Shown here one piece after another: positions 18,900 to 31,900 of a stretch of 64,000 nucleotides of DNA. Numbering within the stretch: position 1 is the first letter of the stretch; the number at the start of each line of letters is the position of its first letter. The translations under genes and the position numbers were made by a program. The stretch is taken from NCBI RefSeq assembly GCF_036365525.1, contig NC_090388.1:29962662-30026661 (forward strand). The letters are read 5' to 3'. This stretch comes from Heterodontus francisci. Lineage: Eukaryota. A model generated the notes under the pieces. That model saw only the letters and a list, made by a program, of their open reading frames with translations, made no database searches and had not been told where the DNA came from.

Positions 18900-19200
18900 G
18901 TGTGTTTGAGCTCCACTCCAGAAGTTGAGCACATAATCTAGGCTGATTCTTTACAGCACTCGTGGTACTGTGGCTTTCTTGCAGGAGCAGGCTTTGAAGA
19001 CGACAAAGTAAATACCCTTTCTCATTATGCTGGATGTGAAGGATCTCCCAGCAACATTTGAGTATATTTCTTCTGACCAACAGGTATCTTGATCATCACC
19101 AAAAGAGATTTCATTTGCTGTCACATTTCACTACAAAAACAGCAATAACTCAACCGTAATACTCTGTAAAACACTTTGGGAAATCTTGGGCACAGGAAAA
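18900..19200 (+). mobile_element. DeuSINE (SacSINE1-like), degenerate
   Basis: ccactccagaagttgagcacataatctaggctg head similar to the 50405 copy. Confidence 0.55.
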
Positions 19201-19682
19201 AAAATGTATCAGTTCTACTGTTGGAATGTATTGCAAGGCCATCAAAACTTTTGCAGAGTAATTTTCATTCCAAAGATTAATAAGCTGGTATGCAGAGTTA
19301 TTTTCATCTGCTTTTTATAATCATTCCAAAATCCAGAAAATAAAGTATTCAAAGTTTGAGTCCTCTATACTTCTGAATATACTGCAACTACTGTACACAG
19401 ATTTGAAAGTTTCCCTTAATTTAAAACTCAATGTTCAGACAAGGCTTTTGCCAAACTAAGTTCACACTACATTGAAGATACATTCTAAAAGGAAAGCATA
19501 ACTATTTTTACAAGGTATAACGTTAGTGTATGTATAATATCCACTTGGAATAGTTAATTGGGCAACCACTTTCTGAAGTGGTTCAGTACTGGCTTTCAGC
19601 CTTGGAGTGGTTTTACAGCAGGCAGGTGGGAAAAAAAAAATGGCAACTATATGGCCAATACCTAAAGTGCTTACTTTTTATT

Positions 19683-20010
19683 TAGAGATACAGCACTGAA
19701 ACAGGCCCTTTGGCCCACCGAGTCTGTGCCGACCATCAACCACCCATTTATACTAATCCTACACTAATCCCATATTCCTACCACATCCCCACCTTCCCTA
19801 TATTCCCCTACCACCTACCTATATTCAGGGCAATTTATAATGGCCAATTTACCTACCAACCTGCAAGTCTTTGGCTGTGGGAGGAAACCAGAGCACCCGG
19901 CAAAAACCCACGTGGTCACAGGGAGAACTTGCAAACTCCACACAGGCAGTACCCAGAATTGAACCTGGGTCGCTGGAGCTGTGAGGCTGTGGTGCTAACC
20001 ACTGTGCACC
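19683..20010 (-). mobile_element. V-SINE (HE1-like)
   Basis: Same family as 5659-5988. Confidence 0.9.
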
Positions 20011-20166
20011 TCCCCCCCCCCCCACTTCCATACAAACGGAGAGAAAAACAGTCTTGCCACTGCTTGCCAGTACACCTATTAGAGAAGGTACATACCAAAA
20101 TAACCTCCAAATTAATTAAGTTCCATGCATGATTACTTTGTCTGGTGTCAATATTATTTAGTATTG

Positions 20167-20360
20167 TGGCAGCATCTGTGGAAAGAGAAGCAGAGTTAAC
20201 GTTTCGGGTCAGTGACCCTTCATCGGAACTGACGATGAAGGGTCACTGACCCGAAACGTTAACTCTGCTTCTCTTTCCACAGATGCTGCCAGACCTGCTG
20301 AGTGATTCCAGCATTTCTTGTTTTTATTTCAGATTTCCAGCATCTGCAGTATTTTGCTTT
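20167..20360. mobile_element. Young Penelope-derived hairpin element (59-bp perfect inverted repeat, hammerhead-like motif), 15-bp TSD
   Basis: Arms 20167-20225 and 20233-20291; TTATTTAGTATTGTG at 20154-20168 and 20360-20374. Confidence 0.85.
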
Positions 20361-22840
20361 TATTTAGTATTGTGTTGGGAACTAAATGATATACCAGTTT
20401 TGTAATGGAGGTGCCCTGAACAAATAGCATTCCCTAACATGATTAGAGTGATAAACATGTCTATTCCCGATAGAAAGATTAAGATCCTGTGATCTATAGG
20501 GGGAAGGAAAGAAATCCCAACTTCAAATTGAAAAAGTAGTTTATTAAATAATTGCAAGATTGAATTGAGCCATCATATTCACATATCACAAAAGTACAAT
20601 CAAGGGCACTTAAATCTTTGGGAAAAAATAAATCTCAATTCAAAAATCAGCAATACAAGTGCCTAGAATCTGAAGCTCTTTAGTAACATCAAGTTTACAC
20701 AAATTGTTATCCAAGCTACATAATTTGTTGTTTTAAAAAAAAAAATTTTAGTTTAGCACTGAAAATACAAAGATTTATAATTAACACTGCAATTTTGATG
20801 TACATGTCTTAAAATCCTTATATTCAGGCTAAACTGAATGCTTGCTCTTAAGTGCATGCTTATTTGTTGTAGGTTTAAAGAGATACACCAGGCAACAAGC
20901 AGACCTTAGTCCTCAAGTGTTGCTAGTTAAACCTCTTTACTAATGCTCATTAATAAGACTATAGCCCCGTGCTACCCTAGAGGCATTGTCAACTACACAC
21001 TCTAAATACACTTATGCCAGTGAAATACAGTTTGTGGTTTTGTTTGCCCTTCAGACAATTTCATTGTTGTTTCAGCATTCCACCCATAATTTTTATTTTA
21101 CACAACATAAACAAATCCTTACACAATACTGTAAGAAAAATGGTTGACAAGTGTAAACCATTGAATAATTCCATCTTTGAATAAAAGACAAGACATTCTG
21201 GTGGATGATTCAACATTGCAGGATACAATATGAAGTGGTTAAGACAGGACAATTGATCAATAAGCCAACAGCTGATAGACAAAAATAGCCTTGGTCATTA
21301 CAATATATGGTAGATAGCATGGATGTTAGATAATAGCTGCTATATTAGCCATATTTTGCTACCAACCATTAGCCACTTTGACTTCACATCTATCACATAC
21401 TCAGCTGGGAAGATAAGAGCACAGCTCCAGCAACATAATTTCTCAAAACATCAATTATACAGCTAGGATCTCAAATCCTTCAGTGCAATATCTAAACCCA
21501 ATACCACTGAAAAAGCGAGCTTCATTTCATAACCAACAAAACATTTAAATTGAAGAAAGCTTTCATCTGGTGAAAATTTTACAATGGTATAACTCAATTA
21601 TAGAAATGATTTCTAGATCAAACAGAATTATATAAATGTTGATGTGCACCATTCATTGCTGAAGAATGTCAACAAGCTTTAGTAGAAGGTGTTTACTGGC
21701 AAGCTATTTCCTCAATTTTACGCTATTGAAGGATGCACATTGGAATTAAACATGATAGCAGGGCAACCCTGTATATTCAAAATCCCTCACCAAGATAGAC
21801 AAATCAAGCCAATAGATACCAATGTGAATTGGGGCACAGTATGCCCTCAGTTAAAAAAAAAAATCAGGGGGGTGGGGGGAGCGAGAGCGTGACACACACA
21901 GCGCGACCTGGCCTTGTAAATAGTGGTATAGCAGCCAAGTTAACAACCTATGGTTGGGGGTGAAAACAAATTAGTTGGAGGCAACAAAAAAAAAATTGAT
22001 ACCCTTGTGTCTACAAGTCATTCCAGGGTCTTAGAGTATTTCAATTTAAAAATAAAGCAGGTAGCATGCACTTATACATTCAGAATCAGATGAGTTTTGC
22101 ATTGTTCACAAGCCTAATCCAAGAGACTGCATCTAGAAAATTGAAAACCAACCTTCCCTGATGCAATATTTTGCTCTATTTTGAGGCAGAGAATGAAGAT
22201 TAGTCATAAATCTCAGTTTGAGCCAATAGTTTCATCCCAGTTACCTGCTTCACAAGCCCACATTTGAGCAAAGTCCCCATCACACTGGGCTGGATGGTCA
22301 CTGAACAAGAAGGGCTCCATTTGTCTTAAATATCCACTTTTTTATGCTGTGCACAAGATTCCTGTAGTATCTTTATAGTGAAGTCTGGTTAGAATTCATA
22401 GTTACAGAAATGCGAGACACTACTAGATCATGCTACAACAGCAAGTAGCAAAAGGACTCCACTTGGAAAAGGTCATTCAGTACCCACCAAGTATAGCTTT
22501 GATTGCTGGTTGACAGGTAATTCATGCAAGGAAAACAAAAACCTAAATCATTTATTTGTTCAGTGCCATACCTCAGTCAAACAATTATATGCATAGGTTC
22601 TTTTGAAATAAAGACAATAGTTCTTGCAAAATAAATACTGCAATTTAGAACTACAATACATAAAACTATATTAAAATGTTTAGAATTACTTTTCAAAAGG
22701 CAAGTTTTTTTTAAACAAGAAAACATGTTTTTGCATTGGGTTGAGGGGTGTGGCAGGAAGATAGATATAATTCCTAGTGATTCATGTCAGTCCACACAAA
22801 GAACAAAGTTATATCACAGATGACAGTTGATATAAAGGCC

Positions 22841-22913
22841 TCATAAGGTTCTATGGAATAACTTGGGTGCACCAGGTCCATGATGGAACATTAGTTGAGG
22901 GTCAAATCTGTAC
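22841..22913 (-). CDS. gns: gns exon 14 (last coding exon)
   Basis: ttttcag/G then [26 protein letters not shown]. Confidence 0.93.
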
Positions 22914-25900
22914 CTGAAAAAAAAAGTAACCTGTTAATCTGAATAAAGAACAGACAGGTGATACAAATACTAAACCTACACACTCTGGGTGAGCAAATAC
23001 CAAGGTTCTGCACCTCAGGGCTTAGCCAGGAGGTGGTAGCCAATGAGTCAAGGTGTAGGACATTGCAGGTGTTTGCAGGATAGCTTCACTGCCATTTAGC
23101 TCTGCACCTATTTTGGCTCAGGTAGATTTCAATGTTAGATAAGCAGTTGGGAACTGCCAACTGCACTGGCAAATGAAGGAGGCAGAAAAGGAGGTGGAGT
23201 GGAGTGTTAAGAAAGCGACCTTCCAGATGTTGCTGTTAAGGCAAGTGGACCAAGGATGGAAATCTCAGGCATGCTTGGGAGCAGAGGGGCCATAATGTCT
23301 ACAAGTCAGAGCACACAGTACCACAGAGGAGTACTGTGAAGGAGAATGGTTTGGTTCACATTGAAATCAACAAAAAGGGAAAAAAGGTTTGAAAGTAAAG
23401 GCAGTCATACAAAACATAGTCAGTGTCTTGGGCAGGCAGAAATCCATTTACTGACAAAGAATTTGTAGCCACTTAGTGAAACTGCATAAGTTAATATCTT
23501 TAAGCAGTCTACTGATCCATGATGAAAGCAATTATAGTCTGCAGTATGCTTATTGATAGGGTCAAAAATACAAATATGGTGGGAAAGAATACAATTTATT
23601 AGTACGACCTTGCCACTTCAATGACCATAGCTTCACACACACAAAAATTATATCAAGGCCCATTGATCTTCTACAGCATTACTCAAGACAAAAATAAAGT
23701 GCCGCTTTCTAGAAAGAGTCTCTACTCATGTTGCACTTAAAAAAAACAAATGTTCTTGCCAAAGCTGTGATGGAAGTGCAAAGAGGAGTCTCTCAACTTC
23801 TACTCCTCCTCTGTATCCTCACACTTGTCTGGCTCTCCCAGATACCTGGAGGCAGACTGATGCGTGCATGAGGCAAAACTCATGACTGGCTACATCCCTG
23901 CTAACGTACTAGGACTGTTCCTTGCTCTAAGGGAAGCTACTACCAACTCACATTTGTCACAGTATAAGCACCAAGATAGTAATGGACATATGGCATTTAC
24001 ATTGGTGTGCATTAGGGAATGTCCAAAATTTCTTCTTACCTTGGATCATATATCCCCGGCGTATGACATGTTGATCCAGAACAAGACTGCAACATCATGA
24101 GACGATGGTTCATCTTCTCAAGAACTTCTTGATCTATAGTCTTGGCTATATTTATGATTTGGTGTGGGTCAGAGGTTAGATTATAGACTTCTACAAACAC
24201 CTAAATAGGAAAAACCTCAAGATTATGGAAGGGATTAAGTTGGTATACCTCATACCTTTCACTTTCAAAAGGGACCAATAGCAACTGTTACATCACTGCA
24301 ATGAGATAATAACTGATGTGCATTTATGGCCAAGTAATAATGCATTGCAAATTTATCAATGGCTTTTAGAAGAAAAATCATTTAGGCAACCTCATGATCA
24401 ACTGAACAATTGGAAGCTTCTCTTTCTAACAAGTAGAATTTGTTTTGCCTGCCAAGATTTCTAACCTGGAGAATGAAGGCACATTAAACCTGATATGCCA
24501 TTAACAGTAAATTGCAATTTAAGGGTAGATTTATAACTAGAATATTCTAGGGATTCTTTTAGAAATAGGGCCACAAACATTTGGACAATTGTGTACATTT
24601 CATATTCATTCAATCTCTTTCTGTACCCTGTCCCATCACCTTGCAATGGTCATGAATAATAGGACTGTTACAAGTAACATGAAACCAACTAATGTTTAGA
24701 AGTACATTTCCTCCCTAAGTGTTTGTAATATTGTAGATTTTTTTCAAAAGGTAGTTTTGCCTGAAAGGAGGCCCAATTTAGTATAGAAAACTGGTTCTAA
24801 CATATTCAGCTTATACTTTGAAGCCAATCACAACTCAAAAAAATAGCATGAACAAGGATGCAGCATTCTTGTTACACAATTGAGTTTAGGCCAAGTATAC
24901 CATCCACGTTAAAAACATTTATTTTGCATCCCACAGCACCTCCTTTTTCACCTCTACCAGTCTTTCAGCTATGAAGAATTTAACATATAATGTCCCAAGG
25001 TGTTTGACAGGATTATAAAGCAAAATGTGCTACCGAGCCACATAAGGAGATATTAGGGCAGATACCAAAAGTTTGGTCAGGCTTTAAAAAGGAGGCAAAA
25101 AGGTAGAGTTGGAGAGGTTTAGAGAATTCCAGGGTTTAGGGCCTTAGCAGCTGCTGGCATGACCACCGACAATGAAGCAATTAAAATCAGGCTGCTCAAG
25201 GAGCCCAAATTGGAGAAGCGCAGATATTGGAGGGTTGTGGGGCTGGAAGAGATTAAAGAGATGGCAGTGGGGGCAAGAGGGAGGGATTTGAAAACAAGGA
25301 TGAGAATTTGTTTAAAAAATACCAAGCTGTTACTTAACTGGGAGCCAATGTAGGTCAGTGAACAGATGGGTGATGGGTGAACAGGGCTTTGTGAGTAAGG
25401 ACACAGAGCAGCTTTCGGTTTACAGAGGGTAGAATGTGGGACTAGAGTGCATTCAAACAATGAGAGTCAAGTTTAGAGGTAACAAAAGCTTGGATGAAGG
25501 TTCCAGCAGTAGATAAGCAGAGGCAGAGTTGGACAATGTTACAGAAGGTGGAAATTCTCATGGCATCACTAAGACCGCCTATGTGGTCAAACATGACCCC
25601 AGGATTGAGACAGTGTGGTTCAGCCTCAACAGTTGCCAAGGAAGGGGATGGAGTCAGTTTGTCAGTCAGAGGAAGGAAGGGAGGGCAGAGGCAGCTGATT
25701 GTCTCTCAGATTAAAACCATCCAAAGGCATCTATGAGCTCTTTGCACTTGTCAGAGGGGAGAATGGAGTCTATGAAGACTGATTTCATTGGAGTCAAGTA
25801 CAGCAAGTAGATCGCAGAACAAATAGTTGAGACATAATAACTGAACCATGAAGCAAGCTACAACAATGGCTCCTCCATGTTGCAGAATCAAGTCTAATCA

Positions 25901-28900
25901 TACAGACCCAGTGATGCAAAAACTGCATGCTAGCCTTCAGTCAGAAATAAATAGAACATGCAAAACGACAACAGAACCTTAGCCGGAGAAGTAGCTGATC
26001 ACAACCTCTAGCGGCACATATTGCCTTAGTTACATGCCAGTTCAATGACCAAAGTTCGGGCAGCTATTAGGAGCACTGCTGCAATACAAAAGGTGATGTA
26101 ATTTTGTTCCAAATTAGTATTTAACTGTCCAGCTGACAACTCGGCTGGAAGACAAAGGGCTGAATTTTAATCAGCCCTCTAGAGACGGGCAGTGAAGCAG
26201 AAAGCAGAGGTGGGGGATGGCCATCAAATTGTGTCAGGTCCAGAGAATGGAGAGGACTGCCTTCCCACCCAGAGGGCAACTGAGGCCCTTAAGTAGAATT
26301 TTACTCATGGCTGAGGACCAGGGGAAGGGGGTGCAAACCGGCCTCGACCACCCAGTAACACCAGACAGCCTCAATGCCAGCTGGGGTCGGGGGCCCCTCC
26401 TCCTGCTTGGGCAATTTGTGGCCCACAGGAGGGCCCCCCGGCAGTAAAGGCTGCCCTGAAGGCAACATTTTCCCCCCCAACCCAGGGCCTGCCTGACTGG
26501 CCCCAGTGAACCAGCCCCACTTACCCGTCCTCTGGCTCTCCATGGCTGCTCCTGATCCCAGGCCTACTGCAGTACCAGCAGTGGCCACTGTGCCCAGTTG
26601 CTCTGCTGGGCTGCTGGATGCTCTTTGGGGAGGCAGGATCCCTGTCCTTACAGGGAAAGGAACCCCGGTGCTAAGCAGTTAACTGCCCAAGTGCCATAAA
26701 ATACAGCTGGGGGGTCCCCAAAACGGGCGAGGTGGGGTTCTCGTCTTTCTCGCTTGGTGCTGGGACCCCCCTGCTGCCTGCATAAAATCCAGCCCAAATA
26801 GAAAATGGGAGAAAGCTGAGCATCACTTTCAAAACAGGCACAATCCAAGACTTTGGGGTAAGGGAGGGAGTTTAAAAAGACAAAATTTAACTTCACCCAC
26901 CTCACTATCATCAAATTCACAATACTGCAAGTCAGCTGGAGTTGCAATGGTTCTTACACATGCATAGGTGTTGTTATATGCATCTTCACAAACACAGTCA
27001 GGGAAACAATTCTGTAGGAAAAGTTTGGCATAGAGTAAAATCAGGGATTAAACCATAAAAGCCTACATGAATTTCAAATAGTCTTTTCTCACGAGTACCA
27101 AGAGATTAGTTATAACTAATTTGGAACTATATAGTCATTAGTTCACTGTCGCTGGGTCAAAATCCTGGAACTCCCTTCCTAACAGCACTGTTGGGGTACT
27201 TACACCCAGAAGGACTGCAGCAGTTTAGGAAGGCTGCTCACCACCATCTTCTCAAGGGCAATTAGGGATGGGCAATAAATGCTGGCATAGCCAGCGACGC
27301 CCACATCCACCAAACAAATAAAAAAAACTAAGACATTAATCTAAATGGTGTAATGATATACTTTCATGTCATTGACTCAATACCACCTAACCTGTACCTT
27401 GCAGATTAAAAGCATGAAATAATCCAAAATGCTGTGTGGAAGTGTTTATAGAATTTCTCTAGATTTAAAATTGGCTATAAAAAAAAAAGCACCTCAATAA
27501 TGCAACTTCAGGATGGCAGTCCAGCACTAAAGTCTGGGACAATAAAGCTATAACCAAATAGATTGATAAATTTCAGCTACAGGTATCAATGAAACATGAG
27601 CTACAGTTAGTAAACGGGTGTTTTGTGACCAACTACACACTGCAAGCATATCTATGATTAAAAAAAAGCCCTGCACACGTGGACAGGCTCACGGACAGCA
27701 CCAATACCGCAAATTTACAATGCTATGGGAGCATGGGAAATCAGAGCACGGAGTGCCATTTTCTACAGGGCTGTGGTTATACTCCACTAAATACAAACTC
27801 AAACCCTTTGGAAGAGTCTCACTTTTAAACTTTAATCATGCAATGGTTTCAATGCACATCCAAAATCACTGCAAAAAAAAAAAAAAAGTAGCAACATATA
27901 AAGTTGGAAATCAACTATCCAGATATATGCAGCTGCACCCAAACTTAAAATCAGTTTTATATAATGTTTCTGAATGTGCATTGTATTTAATTTGTATTGC
28001 AGTTTTCTGGTAGAAATTTTGTAGCATCCAAAATTGAAAAAATGTAATACTTACTGTGACTCCAGGCCCCAATGAAGGGCAGGTAGGATCACTTCTATTA
28101 TGTCCCTCTCCTTGATACTCTATAAGGAAGTCAGTCCTCCAAGTCATATTTTGTGGCATACCATTCTGAGGACAGAAGTGAAATTGATTATACAGTAAGA
28201 GTTTCAGATATAATGCAAAAATGAGATTAACACAAGACTTAAATTTTTAGTGATTACAAGAGTAGCGTTTTGTCAAGTCTATTAGCACCTTGCATCTTAT
28301 TTTCACATTGTTGAAAATAATTTGGAGCTAGAATTAAACTTGAGATCTGAAATAAATGAAATCTGATGAAATTACAACAGCCACTTTGAGAATTACTTTT
28401 ATATGTTCTTACCTATAACACATTATCCATGAACATATAGTTACACATGGTCACAGTCACAAAAACCTACCAGCAGAGGGAAGAGAGACATGCCATCCAT
28501 TCTAGTCTTGTTAACGTCATAACCAGCAATATCCAGGAATGTGGGAGCCAAGTCAATATTTGCTACAAGCATCTGCAGAAGGAAATTAAATTCATTAGAA
28601 AGACTGCCACAAAAGTCTTAATCATTTTATACAAACATTAAAAAACTCTCTCATTTTCCACTAAAGGTTCAGAGATCAATAGCTAGCATAAATCGATCTG
28701 AAGCAATGAGTTCAGCTTTTCATTTCAATCCCCACCACCATGCATTGAATATTAATTAAACATGAGTTGCTGCATTTGCTCCATTGAGTGATAGTGTTGT
28801 CGGGAGAAGACTGGTGCTGTGTATCTTCGGAGTTAAGAGTGCTGGATAAAACAATTTGCATGAGGATGCAATTATCATCTCATCAGGCTATAGTAACGAA

Positions 28901-31900
28901 AGAAACCTCAAACAACTACATCACAATGGAATTGGAGTGGCATTAGAAGAACGGGTGGATTTTGAAAGCTGTGAAAAATGTTCAGTATTTAAAAGGATCC
29001 TGGGGTTAAAAATAGACAGTGGTGTAGCATTATTATTCAGACAAAACTTAGCTCTTAAGGTGTTTAAAATAGGCTTGCTTGTTTCGCTGAACACAAGTCT
29101 TCTTCACAGCATTTCTTCAATGTTAAGAGCTCTGTGCATTACTGAAGGACAAGCTGCTAACAGAAGTGAAACTTTCTACTGAAATCATAATTGATGCACT
29201 ATAATAAATCACATTAGGAAACAACTCCCAAGACTAGATACTTGATCAGACTATGTACACAGCTCCAGAATATGTTGATAAAGTACATTTCAGGTGGTTA
29301 TACAGAATTGCTTTTAAATGGAGTTGAATTGCCAAAGAATCTAAATCAACCTTGCTTTCTAGAGCATCTTAGACAGGAATCAGAGTCTCAAATCTTCTGT
29401 CTAGACTCAATCTGATCAAAACTGACTATTCCTATAATAGTTATTCCACCCACCATTCAGACAAGAATCAATCAGTCTGGTACAATTACCTTATTACTCA
29501 TGTTAGATTTGATTCCAGGTCCTCGCACAAGCAATGGCACTTTAATATCAAATTCGTATAGTTGTCGTTTATCAATTGGCAAAGAAAATTGACCTAAAAT
29601 ACATTAAAAAGATGTTACTATAGCAGAAATGCATCTCATTGTGTTTGTGCCATGCATTCTTCACTTCAGATACAACACAATTGTTCTATCAGAAAAAGAA
29701 AAAGTTGGTCTCACAATCCTGTATTATTACAGGAAGCAATTTCAGGACATCATGTATTTAGCATATCAATAAAGTAACAAGCATTAGAGTAGAGAATTAT
29801 GACTGATTCTAAACATCGAAGTTCTTATAACGGCTAGGAGGTTGTACAAACAGATGGCTACTGCAAAAGTTTGCTTGATTGCCTTGGTTTTTGAAAGATG
29901 AAGGAATAATGTTGAACCCTACCTGTACTTTGATGAACAGAGAAAGTACATGGCAATTATAAAATTGTATATACTGTACCAATTGTTGCAGAATCAACTA
30001 CAATCTGGTAATTACATGCACTCAACTTCTATTCAATAATACCTTACTAAAAATCCTGATAAATGCAAACTTTTACTACAATTTAAAAAAAATCAGATAG
30101 TAAATGCTGAACAGCATCACATTCTGCCATGCAAGAGGTCTTTATTTAGCCTGTTGTACAACAATTCAACACAAATTAGGTTATTTCTAGAAATTGGTAG
30201 CAGAATACTGGTCATTTTAATAGGCTGGGTTTGTAATCCATTCTGACAGCACTAACAAAATGGGTGTCATACACAAAATGTAGAAAAATAATTTAATCAG
30301 CTTCAAATAAAACTAATCTGAACAGGAGATAAAGAAAGTATTATTGCTTACCTGTATGATAGCCATTATCAGATGTAAAGAAAATATAGGTGTTTTCTAG
30401 CTCTTTGACTGCATCAAGTTTCTTTACAACTTTTTCTACAAGATCATCCACTGATAGCAGTGTTTGCCATCTAAGAAAAATAATCTAGGATTATGAACTA
30501 AACATCCACATATTGGTTTTTAAAGAGAGTAAAATGAATGAAAAAGAAATGAAGTCAATGAGAAACAGCCATACCTTTTTCTGAAAGCATTATCCAGAAA
30601 ATGAATTGAAGAGTTGGTCATGGGAGTCTTTGCTTGTCTGATTAGCCAATGTTTATCCTTTGAAGATTTAAAAAAAAAGTGTAAATTGACAAGCAAATAT
30701 TAAAAAAAAAAAATCAGCTCATTGATGGAAATTGGAGTCATCTGCATATTCTGCATTTACAGGTGGCTTCAAATATTTTTTAAATTGGAATATTTACATC
30801 TTCATTACACTGCTATTTTATGCAGCTGACTAACACAAGCTAACAATGATACATATCCATGGAGTTGGCTAAAGTGTATGCAGTGAAGCTGACAAGGTCT
30901 TGTCTTTTGTCCCTCTCCCATGCCATAATGTTGAAAGCATGCTGCATCAGCTCAAGAAAAAAAAATACAGCCCAAGCTTGCAAATCACAACAGACATTAC
31001 TGTGATTTAACAAGTTGCCTTCAGCTGAGACTACTTGAATTCCATAAGCAAGTAAGGCTTGTAAATACATTGGTCTGAACTGATCAGAGTTTTAAAACAT
31101 ATATTTTACTCAAGATGTGTAATTGCACAGTATGCCAACTAAAAGTAACCAGGAGTAGTTTAATTTAACTTTTTCTATTTTTCAGCAATTGATGAAATTT
31201 TACTAGATATTCCTAATGTCACTTTGCTTCACATTCATTAACCCCAAGTGGTTTTGGCCTGTATATATAGTTAATATCATACAAAATATACAGCAAAAAT
31301 AAGTTAGTCACACCTGGGATTAAACAGGAAGATAACTATTTTAATACATTCAAGCACTACTATCCAAAATTCAGTATATAGTACCTTTCCATGTATATTA
31401 AAGTTAGTGTTTCTTGGTGCTTTAACATCCAAAAAGCTCTTTTCATATTGTGGGGCAGGAGTCCAAGGGGAGTGTGGCGCTGGAGTAGAGATCATCATGA
31501 AGAACGGAACATATTTGGTTCTGTATTCCAAAAACTCCAATGAAACATTTGACTATCAAGTGAAAGCATAAAGGTTAGAATATGCTGACTGAAGTTACTG
31601 GAATTGTAAACTGTCAAACAAAAAGGTCAAGGTGTACAAATACTGGAGAAGACAAATCAAACAGCACCCCAAAAAAAAAAATCAAAAAGGCGACAGCTGC
31701 CATACATTTTGCAGACCCAAAACAATGGAAAAGGAAGGGGTAGCTGTCAATGACTCCTCCCCTGAACTAAGAGTAGCAGTGTCAGGCCTAGGCCCCCGAC
31801 CTGCCAAGAATGAGGCACAATGATTTTAAACTGTTGCTGGAGTTAAGAAAGGACTTGTTAAACAGATCAGCCGTGGTTGGAAAAGACATTTGCAAATTAA

